Shown here: in pieces, positions 29,376 through 39,920 of the stretch
Layout: every line of letters starts with the position of its first letter
Position numbering within the stretch: the first letter of the stretch is position 1
Assembly: GCA_965242525.1 (NCBI GenBank)
Contig: OZ251459.1
Coordinates: 992,001-1,056,000, forward strand
DNA length: 64,000 nt
DNA from: an uncultured Candidatus Binatia bacterium
GTDB lineage: Bacteria > Desulfobacterota > Binatia > UBA9968 > JAJDTQ01
Direction of reading: 5' to 3'
Program-made: the position numbers and the translations under genes
The notes under the pieces: model-generated
Seen by the model: the letters and a program-made list of their open reading frames with translations, nothing else
Told to the model about the DNA's origin: nothing
Database searches by the model: none

Positions 29376-31229
29376 ATGAAGATCGCGGAGCTCAGGGACA
29401 AACTCGACACGCTTCCGGCCGGGCCGGGGGTCTATCTGATGCGCGACGCGGCCGGCAAGGTGGTCTATGTGGGCAAGGCCAAGGACCTGCGGTCCCGGGT
29501 CAGGGCGTACCTGAGGGGCGGCGACGGCCGCCCCCACGTGGTGTTCCTCATGCGCCAGGCGGACGACATCGAGACCCTGGTGACCGGCAACGAGAAGGAA
29601 GCCCTGATCCTGGAGAACAACCTGATCAAGCAGTACAAGCCCCGCTACAACATCCGCCTGAAGGACGACAAGAGCTACCTGAGCATCAAGGTCACGGCCG
29701 GGGCCTGGCCCCGGGTGCTGGCCACCCGGAGCATCGTCAGGGACGGCAGCCGCTACTTCGGCCCCTACGCTTCCGCGGTGGCCGTGCGCGACACCCTGGA
29801 AGTCATCGAGAAACACTTCCTCCTGCGGAACTGCACCGACTACAATTTCCGCAACCGGGATCGGCCGTGCCTCCAGTTCCAGATCAAGCGCTGTCCGGCC
29901 CCGTGCGTCCTGCCGGTGGATCCGGAGGAATACGCGGGCAACCTGCGGCAGGCGGTCCTCTTCATCGAAGGCAGGAGCGCGGACCTGCTGCGGCAGTTGC
30001 AGAGCCGCATGCGGGCCCGGGCGGACGCCCTGGAGTTCGAGCAGGCCGCCCGGCTCCGGGACCGCATCCGGGCGGTGGAGAAGACCCTGGAGAAGCAGCG
30101 CATGGTGTCCCACTGGGGCGCCGACCAGGACGTCTTCGGACTGTACCGGGAAGGGGGGTTCATCGAGGTCCAGGTCCTGTTCGTGCGGCAGGGAAAGCTC
30201 ACCGGCAACCAGGCCTATTCCTTCGAGGACCACCGTTTCGACGACCACGAGGTGGTGGCCGCGCTGCTGGCCCAGTTCTACCAGGGCAGCCGCTTCGTCC
30301 CCGACGAGGTCCTGGCGCCGGTGGAGTTGGAGGACCGGGCCGTGCGCGAGGAATACCTGGCCGAGCGGAAGGGCCGGAAGGTGGCCCTGCACCGGCCCCG
30401 CCGCGGGGTGAAGCACAAGCTGCTGGAAATGGCCATGGACAACGCCCGCCAGGGCTTCAGCGAGCGCCACGACCAGGAGCGGGAGCGCGAGAGGATGCTG
30501 CGGGAGCTGCAACGGAAGCTCCGGTTGCGCCGCTATCCCCAGCGCATCGAGTGCTACGACATCTCCATGATCCAGGGGACCCATGCGGTGGGATCCCGGG
30601 TCTCGTTCTTCGACGGCCAACCCGACAAGCGGAACTACCGGCGCTACCGTGTCCGCACCGTGGGGCCGGAGACCCGCGGAGACGACTTCGCCATGATGTA
30701 CGAGGTGGTCAAGCGGCGTTTCCGGCGCGGCCTGCAGGAAATGGACGTGCCGGACCTCATGGTGGTGGACGGCGGCAAGGGGCAGTTGCAGGTGGCCCTC
30801 GCCGCGTTGGCGGACCTCGGGGTGAAGGACGTGGATGTGGTGGCCCTGGCCAAGACGAGGGTCACGGCCTCGCCGCGTCAAGCCGAGGTGGAACGGTCGG
30901 AAGAACGGGTCTTCCTGCCCGCGCGCAGCAACCCGGTGGTGCTCCGGCGCAACTCCAACGCCCTCTTCCTGCTGCAACGCCTGCGGGACGAAGCCCACCG
31001 GTTCGCCGTCGCCTACCACCGGACGCTCCGCACCCGGGGGACCTTGCGCTCCGGGCTGGACCACGTTCCCGGAGTGGGACCCGCCCGCAGACGCGCCTTG
31101 CTGCGGCGCTTCGGCAGCCTGAAACGGCTGCGGGAAGCGTCCCTGGACGAGCTGCTGGAGGTGCCGTCCATCACCCGGCCCCTGGCCCGTCGCATCGTCG
31201 ATGGCCTCCGGCCAGCGGGCCGGGCGTGA
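29376..31229 (+). CDS. uvrC: Excinuclease ABC subunit C
   Basis: GVYLM...YVGKAK, IECYDIS, DGGKGQ, RDEAHRFA and a HhH tail. Confidence 0.97.
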   Translation: MKIAELRDKLDTLPAGPGVYLMRDAAGKVVYVGKAKDLRSRVRAYLRGGDGRPHVVFLMRQADDIETLVTGNEKEALILENNLIKQYKPRYNIRLKDDKSYLSIKVTAGAWPRVLATRSIVRDGSRYFGPYASAVAVRDTLEVIEKHFLLRNCTDYNFRNRDRPCLQFQIKRCPAPCVLPVDPEEYAGNLRQAVLFIEGRSADLLRQLQSRMRARADALEFEQAARLRDRIRAVEKTLEKQRMVSHWGADQDVFGLYREGGFIEVQVLFVRQGKLTGNQAYSFEDHRFDDHEVVAALLAQFYQGSRFVPDEVLAPVELEDRAVREEYLAERKGRKVALHRPRRGVKHKLLEMAMDNARQGFSERHDQERERERMLRELQRKLRLRRYPQRIECYDISMIQGTHAVGSRVSFFDGQPDKRNYRRYRVRTVGPETRGDDFAMMYEVVKRRFRRGLQEMDVPDLMVVDGGKGQLQVALAALADLGVKDVDVVALAKTRVTASPRQAEVERSEERVFLPARSNPVVLRRNSNALFLLQRLRDEAHRFAVAYHRTLRTRGTLRSGLDHVPGVGPARRRALLRRFGSLKRLREASLDELLEVPSITRPLARRIVDGLRPAGRA

Positions 31230-31238
31230 GCCGTTGCC

Positions 31239-32789
31239 GTGGGCCTGGTCGTCCTTCCGCTCCTCTCCCTGCTCACCGGGCAGGCCGCGGCGGGCCTCGT
31301 GGACCGGGTCGACCCGTTCTGGTTGGCTGCGGCGCTGCTGGCGGCGGGGGCGTTGCCCGGCCTCGTGAAACTCCGCTGGGGGCTGCTGGGGACCGCGTGC
31401 GGGCTGGCCTTCCTCTGGGGGTTCACCGCCCATCAGCGGCTGCTCCAGCCGCACTTCCCCCCTGACCACGTCCATCATCTGGCGGAGCGGCAGGGGCCGG
31501 TGCTGGTCGAGGGGCGGCTCTACCGCGAGCCGGAAGGGCAGGGCGCGCGGAGCCGGTGGCATCTCGCCGCGGAGAGGTCCTGGACGCCCAACGGGGCCGT
31601 CCCCGCGGAGGGAAACGTGCGGGTGACCCTGCGGAACGCCTACCGGCCCTGGCGTTACGGCGACTTGGTGCGGATGCCCCTGCGCCTCCGGGCGCCGCGC
31701 AACCGGGGCGAGGGCTTCGACTACGCGGCGTTCCTCGCTCGCCGGGGGATCTACCACGTAGCCTACCTGCACGACGACCGGGAGGTGGAGCTGGTGGGCC
31801 GCGGGCGCGGCTGGCGCGGCCGGATCGAGACCCTGAGGCGGCGCATACGCCGCTTTACCGAACGCCACTTCCAACCGGAGACGGGCGGGCTCCTCAAGGC
31901 GCTGACCCTGGGCGACCGGGGCGGCCTCTCCGCGGAAACGCGGAGCGACTTCGCCGCGGTGGGCATGTCCCACGTCCTGTCCATATCGGGGCTGCACGTG
32001 GGCATGCTGAGCTATGCGGTCTTCCTGCTGCTCCGGGGCGCGGCGTCGCGCAGCACGTGGCTGCTCCTGTCCTGTCCCGTATTCAAATGGACGGCCGCGT
32101 GCTCGCTGGCGCCGGTGATGCTGTACGCCGCCCTGGCCGGCGCCCGGGTCCCCACGGTGCGCGCGGCCATCATGATCGCCCTGTACCAGTTGGCGGTGCT
32201 CACGGGACGCCGCGCGAGCGTGCTCGGGGCCGTGGCCGTCGCCGCGGCCATGGCCGCCCTCTACTGGCCCGGAGCGGTCATGGAAGTCTCGTTCCAGCTT
32301 TCCTTCCTGGCCGTGCTCTCCATCGTCGGCGCCCTGAGGCTGTTCCGGCACACTCCCCTGCTGCAACCCCCCGGCCCGGGGGAGAAGGGAAGGTTCCCGC
32401 GGCTGAAGCGCGGCGTCCTGCTGTCCATACTGGTGCCGTTCTTCGCCACCCTGGGAACCGGACCCCTCATCGCCCACTACTTCGGATACCTGTCGCTGGC
32501 GGGACTCGTCGCCAACCCCGCGCTCGTTCCCCTGGTGGGCTTCGTCATCGTGCCCGGCGGCTTGCTGACGGGTTTCCTGTCCCTGTTCTTCCCCGCGGGG
32601 TCGTTGCTGGTTGCCCGGCTGGTCGAGCCGTTCGCGTCGCTGCTCCTCGGCGCAGTCAGGCTCCTTGCGGACGCGCCCATGGCCGCAGTGCCGCTGCCGA
32701 AACCCGGCTGGGCCGCGGTCGCACTGGCCTACCTCGTGATCCTCTTCGCCCTCTGGCAGGCAAGCCGCATACGGCCGAGAGCAGCGTAG
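31239..32789 (+). CDS. comEC: ComEC/Rec2 competence protein (DUF4131 + competence domain, no C-terminal MBL domain)
   Basis: RNRGEGFDY, HVLSISGLHV and SFQLSFLA. Start uncertain. Confidence 0.85.
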   Translation: MGLVVLPLLSLLTGQAAAGLVDRVDPFWLAAALLAAGALPGLVKLRWGLLGTACGLAFLWGFTAHQRLLQPHFPPDHVHHLAERQGPVLVEGRLYREPEGQGARSRWHLAAERSWTPNGAVPAEGNVRVTLRNAYRPWRYGDLVRMPLRLRAPRNRGEGFDYAAFLARRGIYHVAYLHDDREVELVGRGRGWRGRIETLRRRIRRFTERHFQPETGGLLKALTLGDRGGLSAETRSDFAAVGMSHVLSISGLHVGMLSYAVFLLLRGAASRSTWLLLSCPVFKWTAACSLAPVMLYAALAGARVPTVRAAIMIALYQLAVLTGRRASVLGAVAVAAAMAALYWPGAVMEVSFQLSFLAVLSIVGALRLFRHTPLLQPPGPGEKGRFPRLKRGVLLSILVPFFATLGTGPLIAHYFGYLSLAGLVANPALVPLVGFVIVPGGLLTGFLSLFFPAGSLLVARLVEPFASLLLGAVRLLADAPMAAVPLPKPGWAAVALAYLVILFALWQASRIRPRAA

Positions 32790-32804
32790 CCGAACCGGGA
32801 GGTT

Positions 32805-32833
32805 TTGACCCCTCCCCGGCAAGGGGTTATGGT
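32805..32833 (+). promoter_or_regulatory. Sigma70-type promoter, probably leaderless
   Basis: TTGACC-N17-TATGGT ending 6 nt before the ATG at 32840. Confidence 0.55.
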
Positions 32834-32839
32834 ATCCCC

Positions 32840-34411
32840 ATGAGCCTTCCCGAAGACAGCGCCGCCAAGCGCAAGCTGCCCATCGGCGTCCAGACCTTCC
32901 GCGAAGTCCGCGAAGAAGGCTACTACTACGTGGACAAGACCGCCTGGGTCCGGCGGTTGGTGGACGGGGGCAAGCACTACTTCCTCTCCCGCCCCCGGCG
33001 CTTCGGCAAGAGCCTGCTGCTGGACACCATCAAGGAACTGTTCCAGGGCAGCGAGGAACTCTTCCGGGGACTCGCCATCCACGACCAATGGGATTGGGAC
33101 GCGCGCTTCCCGGTGGTGCGGCTGGACTTCAGCGTGGGACCCTTCGACGAGCCGGGGCTGGCGGACAGGGAGGCCATGATCCAGTTGGACCTCATCGAAA
33201 GGGAGGCCGGGGTCGAAGCCCGCTACGATACGGCGCCGGACCGTTTCCGGCATTTGCTGGAGACCCTGCACAAGCGCAGCGGGCAACGGGTGGCGGTATT
33301 GGTGGACGAGTACGACAAGCCGATCCTCGACGTGCTGGACGCGCCCGAGATGGCCAAGGCCAACCGCAGTTTCCTGCGCAACCTGTACTCCGTCATCAAG
33401 TTCAGCGACGCCCACGTCAAGTTCACCTTGCTCACTGGCGTGAGCAAGTTCTCCAAGGTGAGCCTCTTCTCCGGCCTCAACAACCTGAAGGACATCACCC
33501 TGGACCCGCGCTATTCCGCGGTCTGCGGCTACACCGACCGGGACCTGGACGCCGTGTTCGCGCCCGAACTCCCCGGCCTGGACCGGGACGAGGTACGCCG
33601 CTGGTACAACGGCTACTCCTGGCAGGGCGACGAGAAGGTTTACAACCCCTTCGACGTCCTGCTGCTGTTCGACACCCGCAAGTTCGAGGCCCACTGGTTC
33701 GAGACCGGCTCCCCCAAGTTCCTCATCGACCTCCTGATGGAGCGCCGCGTCTCCACCCTGGACCTGGAACGCATGGCCGGCAACGAGACCCTGCTGTCGG
33801 CCTTCGACGTGGGTGAAATGGCCACCGAGGCCCTCCTGTTCCAGACCGGCTACCTCACCATCCTGGACGCGGATGACCGGAACGGACGCACCCGCTACCG
33901 CCTGGGCTATCCCAACCAGGAAGTGCGCGAGAGCCTCAACGAGCGTTTGCTCATGGCCCTGCTGCCCGACGCCTCGAGGAAACTGGCGGACCAAGGCTCC
34001 CTGCGGGAACTGCTGGCCGCCAACGACTTCGCCGGCCTGGAAGCCCTGTTCCGGTCCATCTTCGCCGGCATCCCCTACGAGTGGCACGTCAAGAACGCCA
34101 TCCAGAAGTACGAGGGCTACTACGCCAGCGTGGTCTATTCCTGTTTCGCCGCCCAGGGCCTGGATCTGATCGCCGAGGAGAGTTCGAGCGCGGGCCGCGC
34201 GGACATGACCGTGCGCTTCGACGGCAGGATCTACCTGTTCGAGTTCAAGACCGTGGACAAGGAACCCACCGGGGAGGCCATGCGGCAACTCAGGGAGAAG
34301 GGCTACGCGGACAAGTACCGCAGCATGGGCCAACCCGTCCGCCTCATCGGCGTGGAGTTCAGCAAGCACGACCGAAACCTCGCCGCCTTCGAGGTGGAGC
34401 AGGTCGCGTAG
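32840..34411 (+). CDS. AAA-ATPase-like domain + PD-(D/E)XK nuclease protein
   Basis: LPIGVQTF, YYVDKT, RPRRFGKS, DEYDKP, YNPF and C-terminal GRAD...FEFK...GYADKY. Confidence 0.92.
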   Translation: MSLPEDSAAKRKLPIGVQTFREVREEGYYYVDKTAWVRRLVDGGKHYFLSRPRRFGKSLLLDTIKELFQGSEELFRGLAIHDQWDWDARFPVVRLDFSVGPFDEPGLADREAMIQLDLIEREAGVEARYDTAPDRFRHLLETLHKRSGQRVAVLVDEYDKPILDVLDAPEMAKANRSFLRNLYSVIKFSDAHVKFTLLTGVSKFSKVSLFSGLNNLKDITLDPRYSAVCGYTDRDLDAVFAPELPGLDRDEVRRWYNGYSWQGDEKVYNPFDVLLLFDTRKFEAHWFETGSPKFLIDLLMERRVSTLDLERMAGNETLLSAFDVGEMATEALLFQTGYLTILDADDRNGRTRYRLGYPNQEVRESLNERLLMALLPDASRKLADQGSLRELLAANDFAGLEALFRSIFAGIPYEWHVKNAIQKYEGYYASVVYSCFAAQGLDLIAEESSSAGRADMTVRFDGRIYLFEFKTVDKEPTGEAMRQLREKGYADKYRSMGQPVRLIGVEFSKHDRNLAAFEVEQVA

Positions 34412-34522
34412 GGTTCAAGTGATCAGCGACATCAACATGCTCTCATTCCGGGGCAAGGCACATCCCCTTGACCCTGCCGCGGCCAGGGGACGGAAAGACG
34501 CGGGAAGGGAGGGAGACACGCA

Positions 34523-34882
34523 ATGACGGAGTTCGAAGCCGCAACACTGGCGCTACAGCAGCAACAGCTTTGGGCCGCTATCGCCATCCCGCTTGTCACC
34601 GGACTGGTGGGCCTTGGTCAGATCCTCATCGTCCACCACGGGATCGGGGTCATGGACAGGGCCAACAGGGACCGCGCCCGCCAAGTCGAAACGCAACGCG
34701 TCGAAGCTGACCAGCGCCACGCCGAAGCAATGGCCGCCCTCCAAGCGCTCATCAAGGGCATGGAGCAGCAAGGCGAATCCTTGCGCGCCGCGGTCAAGGG
34801 CATGGAGCAGCAGGGCGAATCCCTGCGCGCCGTGATCAAGGGCATGGAGACCGTCATCGAACGGACCGTGCCGAAGGGTTGA
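34523..34882 (+). CDS. Small membrane-anchored coiled-coil protein with 14-aa repeats
   Basis: One hydrophobic segment; (I/V)KGMEQQGESLRA repeated by a 42-bp tandem unit at ~34751-34849; purine-rich RBS. Confidence 0.7.
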   Translation: MTEFEAATLALQQQQLWAAIAIPLVTGLVGLGQILIVHHGIGVMDRANRDRARQVETQRVEADQRHAEAMAALQALIKGMEQQGESLRAAVKGMEQQGESLRAVIKGMETVIERTVPKG

Positions 34883-35096
34883 CCGCGCCACCCGGTCCCG
34901 TCTTCGATGGCGGGGCCGGGCCCACTTCCTCCGCCCGCCCGGTCCATCCTGTCCGTGTTCCCTGCAAATGCGGAGCCGGCACAGGGCGGCTTTCGTTGAC
35001 TTTCCCGTGAGCCTCTGTTAGCTCGGATGGACCCCGTTTCCATGCCGTGCGGCGGGTTCTCGCTGCCCGGACAAGCTCCCAGGCGCCCGTGTGCGT

Positions 35097-36389
35097 ATGA
35101 AACTGACTCGAATCAAGGGATTCTCGGACGTTCTGCCCGGCGAGGTCGAGACTTGGCAAAGGATCGAAAGCGCGGCGCAACGGGTATTTGCCTGCTACAA
35201 CTTCAAGGAGATCCGAATCCCCGTGCTGGAGAAGTCGGAGCTCTTCTCGCGCTCCCTGGGGGAGTCCACGGACGTCATCGAGAAGGAGATGTACACTTTC
35301 GCGGACCGGGACGCCAAGGCGACGCTCCTGAGCCTGAGGCCCGAAGGCACCGCGGGAGTCGTTCGAGCCTATGGAGAAGGAAAACTCCACCAGGTCGAGC
35401 CGGTTCGCAAGCTCTACTACCTGGGTCCGATGTTCCGGCGGGAGCGGCCGCAGAAGGGGAGGCTGCGGCAGTTCCACCAGATCGGCGCCGAGGTCTTCGG
35501 GCGCACCGACCCCTTCATCGACGCGGAGCTCCTGCTGCTGCTGCGGGACCTGTTCGAGGAACTGGGGTTGGAGGACGCGGCGCTGGAGCTCAACTCCATC
35601 GGCTGCGGCGAGTGCCGTCCCGGGTACCGCGCCGCCCTGGTGGACTTCCTGGAATCGTGGCGAGGGGAGCTGTGCGTCGATTGCGACCGCCGGCTGGCCG
35701 CCAACCCGTTGCGGGTGCTGGACTGCAAACGGGACTCTTGCGCCGAGACCGTGAAGGCCGCGCCATCCATCCTCGCGCACCTGTGCGCGGACTGCCGGCG
35801 CCACTTCGACACGGTGCGGGACCTGACGCGGGACGTCCGTCCGGAGCCGGTGGTCAACGGCCGCCTGGTGCGCGGCCTGGACTACTATTGCCGCACCACG
35901 TTCGAGTGGAAGAGCGCGGGTCTCGGCAGCCAGAACACCGTGGCCGCGGGCGGCCGATACGACGGGCTGGTGGAGACTCTGGGCGGGCCGCGGGTGGCCG
36001 GAGTCGGCTTTGCCCTGGGGGTAGAACGGCTGTCGCTGCTGCTTTCGGGCGGTGAGGCCGCCGCGGCCCCGCTGCTGTACGTGGCCTGGATGGGGGACGA
36101 GGCGCAACGCTGGGCGTTCTCCCTGGCCCAGCGGATTCGCCGGCGGGGGGTGCGGGTGGACATGGAAGGGGAGGGGAGGAGCCTCAAGAGCCAGATGAGG
36201 CGCGCGGACAAGCTGGGGGCCGCCGCGGTGCTCATGGTGGGCCCCGACGAGACCGCCAGGGGGAAGGCCGCGGTGCGCCGCATGGCCACCGGGGAACAGT
36301 TCGAGGTGGATTTCGCCGACGCCGACGAAAGCCTGGTCGAGCGCTTCGGCCCGCCTCGCCAACCGCAGGCTTCCGGGCGGGACACGTGA
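35097..36389 (+). CDS. hisS: Histidine-tRNA ligase
   Basis: LRPEGTA, FRRERPQKGRLRQF, LVRGLDYY and GGRYDGL. Confidence 0.97.
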   Translation: MKLTRIKGFSDVLPGEVETWQRIESAAQRVFACYNFKEIRIPVLEKSELFSRSLGESTDVIEKEMYTFADRDAKATLLSLRPEGTAGVVRAYGEGKLHQVEPVRKLYYLGPMFRRERPQKGRLRQFHQIGAEVFGRTDPFIDAELLLLLRDLFEELGLEDAALELNSIGCGECRPGYRAALVDFLESWRGELCVDCDRRLAANPLRVLDCKRDSCAETVKAAPSILAHLCADCRRHFDTVRDLTRDVRPEPVVNGRLVRGLDYYCRTTFEWKSAGLGSQNTVAAGGRYDGLVETLGGPRVAGVGFALGVERLSLLLSGGEAAAAPLLYVAWMGDEAQRWAFSLAQRIRRRGVRVDMEGEGRSLKSQMRRADKLGAAAVLMVGPDETARGKAAVRRMATGEQFEVDFADADESLVERFGPPRQPQASGRDT

Positions 36390-36439
36390 ACTTAAAGTAA
36401 TTATTGGAACATAGGAGCAACTACTTGAAATCCGACAGA

Positions 36440-38227
36440 ATGACATTGGATTCCATCGGTGATTGGCGGCGAAGCTGCCGCTGCGGCGAGCCGCGGGAGC
36501 CCGACGTGGGCCGCGAGCTCACCTTGATGGGCTGGACCCAGTCCCTCCGGGACCACGGCGGCTTGCTGTTCATCGACCTTCGGGACCGCGCCGGCGTGGT
36601 GCAGGTGGTGGTGAACCCCGAGGTGACGCCGGAGGCCCACGAAAAGGCCAGGAAGGCGCGTTCCGAGGACGTGCTCGCGGTGCGGGGGCCGCTGGTGAGC
36701 CGTTCGGCCGAGACCGTGAACCCCAACATCCCCACCGGCGCGGTGGAGCTCATGGCCCGGGAGCTGCGCGTGCTCAACGTCTCGCGGGTGCCGCCGTTCC
36801 CCATCGACGACGATGTGGATCCCACCGAGACCAGCCGTTTCCGGTATCGCTACCTGGACCTGAGGCGTCCTCGCAGCCTGCGGCCGCTGGAGGTCCGCCA
36901 TCGCATGCTGGCCGCGGTCCGCCGCCACCTGGACGACCTGTCGTTCCTGGAGGTGGAGACCCCCATACTCACCAAGAGCACGCCGGAGGGGGCCCGCGAC
37001 TACTTGGTGCCCAGCAGGATGCACCCGGGCAAGTTCTACGCCCTGCCGCAATCGCCGCAACTCTTCAAGCAGACCCTCATGGTGGGCGGGGTGGACCGCT
37101 ATTTCCAGGTGGTGCGCTGCTTCCGGGACGAAGACCTGCGCATGGACAGGCAGCCCGAGTTCACCCAGCTCGATATCGAGATGTCCTTCGTGCAGCCGGA
37201 GGACGTCTTCGCAATGGTCGAAGGCATGATGGCCAGGGTGTTCCGGGAGGTCCGGGGGGTCGAGCTGGAGACGCCCTTCCCCCGCCTCGGTTGGGACTCG
37301 GCCATGTCGCGCTACGGGACGGACAGGCCGGACCTCCGCTTCCGCCTGGAGCTGGTAGAGTTGTCGGACCGGTTCCGGGACTCCAAGGTGGGCATTTTCA
37401 CCCGGGCCCTGGCCGCGGGGGGCATCGTCAAGGGATTCAAGGCGCCGGGGGCCGGTGACCTGTCGCGCAAGGAGCTCGACGACCTCACCGGCCTGGTGGG
37501 CCGCTACGGCGCCAAGGGGCTGGCGTGGATCAAGGTGTCGGAGGGCGAATGGCAGTCGCCCCTGGCGAAGTTCCTGGGCGACGGCGAGAAGGACGCCCTC
37601 CGGGAGTTGACCCAGGCCCGGCCGGGGGACGTGATCTTCCTGCTGGCCGACGCCCCGCACGTGGTCAACGAAGGGCTGGCCAACCTGCGCCTGGAGATGG
37701 GCAGACGGCTGGGGCTGGTCGGGGAGGGCCTCCTTGCCTTCTCGTGGATCGTCGATTTCCCGCTGGTGGAATGGAAGGCGTCGGAAGGCCGTTATACCGC
37801 GGTCCACCATCCCTTCACCGCGCCCAGGGACGAAGACCTGCCGCTCCTCAGGGAAGACCCCGCGCGGGTGAGGTCCCGCGCCTACGACCTGGTGCTCAAC
37901 GGCATGGAGCTGGGCGGCGGCAGTATCCGTATCCATTCGCCGGAACTCCAGCGGGAGGTGCTTTCCCTGCTGGACGTGGGGCCGGAGACCATGGACGAGC
38001 AGTTCGGCTTCCTGCTGGAAGCCCTGGAACTGGGCGCTCCGCCCCACGGCGGCATCGCCTTCGGCGTCGATCGCCTGGCCATGCTCCTGAGCGACTCCCC
38101 GGCCATCCGGGACGTCATCGCGTTCCCCAAGAGCCAGCGGGCCGTGTGCATGTTGACGGACGCCCCCACCCGGGTGGACTCTCGCCAACTCTCGGAGTTG
38201 CAGATACGGAGCCTGGCGGACCCCTGA
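36440..38227 (+). CDS. aspS: Aspartate-tRNA ligase
   Basis: [26 protein letters not shown] and PPHGGIAFG. Confidence 0.97.
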   Translation: MTLDSIGDWRRSCRCGEPREPDVGRELTLMGWTQSLRDHGGLLFIDLRDRAGVVQVVVNPEVTPEAHEKARKARSEDVLAVRGPLVSRSAETVNPNIPTGAVELMARELRVLNVSRVPPFPIDDDVDPTETSRFRYRYLDLRRPRSLRPLEVRHRMLAAVRRHLDDLSFLEVETPILTKSTPEGARDYLVPSRMHPGKFYALPQSPQLFKQTLMVGGVDRYFQVVRCFRDEDLRMDRQPEFTQLDIEMSFVQPEDVFAMVEGMMARVFREVRGVELETPFPRLGWDSAMSRYGTDRPDLRFRLELVELSDRFRDSKVGIFTRALAAGGIVKGFKAPGAGDLSRKELDDLTGLVGRYGAKGLAWIKVSEGEWQSPLAKFLGDGEKDALRELTQARPGDVIFLLADAPHVVNEGLANLRLEMGRRLGLVGEGLLAFSWIVDFPLVEWKASEGRYTAVHHPFTAPRDEDLPLLREDPARVRSRAYDLVLNGMELGGGSIRIHSPELQREVLSLLDVGPETMDEQFGFLLEALELGAPPHGGIAFGVDRLAMLLSDSPAIRDVIAFPKSQRAVCMLTDAPTRVDSRQLSELQIRSLADP

Positions 38228-38252
38228 CCCCCTGCAAGGGAACGTCCGGTTG

Positions 38253-38798
38253 CTAGTCCCTGCCGGCCGGGGCGGCCCGGAAGCGTGAAAGCTCGGTCAG
38301 GTAGGTCAGGGTCGAGAGGTCGGGCATGCGGTCTAGGAAGATCCGGCCCCGCAGGTGGTCCACCTCGTGCTGGATGACCCGGGCATGGAACCCCGAGGCG
38401 GTGAAGTCGAGATCGTTCCCGTCACGGTCCAGCGCGGTCACCCGCAGGCGCCGGTAACGGGGCACCCTGCCGCGCAACTCCGGGATGCTCAGGCATCCTT
38501 CCCAGTCGTCCTCGGTCTCGTCGCCCAGCGGGAAGATCCTGGGGTTGATCAGGACCGAGAGCGGCACCGGCGCCTTTCCCGGATAACGGGCGTTGTCCGC
38601 CACCTCCAGGACCGCTACCTGCCTGGGTTCGTGGACCTGCACCGCGGCGAGGCCCACCCCCTGGTACTCGCGCATGGTCGCCACCATGTCGTCGATGAAC
38701 CGCTGGAAGCGCTCCTCGCCCGCCTCCGCGGCCGGAACTTCCGCCGCGGGCGCACGCAACACCGGATGGCCGAGCCGCGCCACCTTGAGGATGGCCAT
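38253..38798 (-). CDS. def: Peptide deformylase
   Basis: GVGLAAVQ, EGCLS and QHEVDHL. Confidence 0.96.
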   Translation of the reverse strand: MAILKVARLGHPVLRAPAAEVPAAEAGEERFQRFIDDMVATMREYQGVGLAAVQVHEPRQVAVLEVADNARYPGKAPVPLSVLINPRIFPLGDETEDDWEGCLSIPELRGRVPRYRRLRVTALDRDGNDLDFTASGFHARVIQHEVDHLRGRIFLDRMPDLSTLTYLTELSRFRAAPAGRD

Positions 38799-38835
38799 TA
38801 CGGACGGGTAGCATACCGGACTTGCGGTCTTCAAG

Positions 38836-38917
38836 GTGGAGTCGCGGGAACATGTTCCCGGGCAGCATGTTCCCGGATCCATCGTGGAGTCGCAGCAACA
38901 TGTTCCCGGATCCATCG
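38836..38917. repeat. Nested direct and inverted repeats upstream of def
   Basis: CATGTTCCCGG x3, GTGGAGTCGC x2, CATGTTCCCGGATCCATCG x2 and the palindrome CGGGAACATGTTCCCG. Confidence 0.75.
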
Positions 38918-38954
38918 CCGGGCAGCGCCAACACGGGGGACTCCCGATGGGTAA

Positions 38955-39015
38955 TCCTCCCTCACCCTGCCCATCCCCGTTCGTCCTGAGCGTAGCGAAG
39001 CGAAGTCGAAGGACC
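38955..39015 (-). repeat. Repeat family A core without TIRs
   Basis: CCCCGTTCGTCCTGAGCGTAGCGAAGCGAAGTCGAAGGAC. Confidence 0.75.
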
Positions 39016-39920
39016 CCGCTCTCCCTCTGGAAAAGGATCGGGAGAGGGCGCGGGCATGATGTGTAGTGCTTGTATGTGGGGCCGAGCTCGACGACAAAGG
39101 AGACGATGGTAGCAGCCAACGACACGAACCTGACGGCCGCGGCCGAAACGTACTTTGCCGACTTGGGGCGGGTGCGGGCCTCGGGCGGGGCCACCGGGGA
39201 GCGGTCGAGCTACGGACCGCTGGCGAACCTGCTCAACGCCGCGGGCGCGTCCCTCAAGCCCAAGGTGTTCTGCGTCGGCGAACTGGCTGACCAAGGCGCG
39301 GGCCATCCCGACTTCGGCATCTACGCGGCGAAACAGGTTCAGCGGGGCCAACCACGCGAGGGCCAGACGCCGGAGCGTGGCGTGGTGGAAGTGAAAGCCG
39401 CGGACGATGACGCATGGCTCACAGCGGCGGGCGACCAGGTAAGCCGCTATTGGGGCCGCTATCGCTTGGTGCTGGTCACCAACACCCGCGACTTCGTGCT
39501 GGTGGGCGAAGACACCGCGGGCCGTGCTGCGAAGCTCGAAACCTTCCGTCTGGCGGATGGCGCAGACGACTTCCGCCGCAAGTTGGAGCATCCCCGCTCC
39601 TTTGCCCGGGAGGTGGGCGCGGGCTTGGGCGAGTACCTGTGCCGGGCGCTGTCGCACCGGGCAGCGTTGGCCGAACCCAAAGATTTGGCATGGCTGCTGG
39701 CCTCCTATGCACGGGACGGCTTGGCCCGTGTGGAGGCCGCAGGCGACGCGCCCTCGTTGGAGTTGGTGCGCAAGGCGCTGGAAGAGGCGTTGGGCGTGCG
39801 CTTCGAGGGAGAGAAAGGCGCGCGCTTCTTCCGTTCGACCCTGGTGCAGACGCTCTTCTACGGCGTCTTCTCCGCCTGGGTACTGTGGGCAAGGGCCGGC
39901 AGTCCGAACGTCTCTGCCAA

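Noticed and set aside
27189-31229. 1346-aa ORF as an extended UvrC
   Set aside because: The N-terminal 729 aa are a shadow frame of uvrB; the real UvrC starts at 29376.
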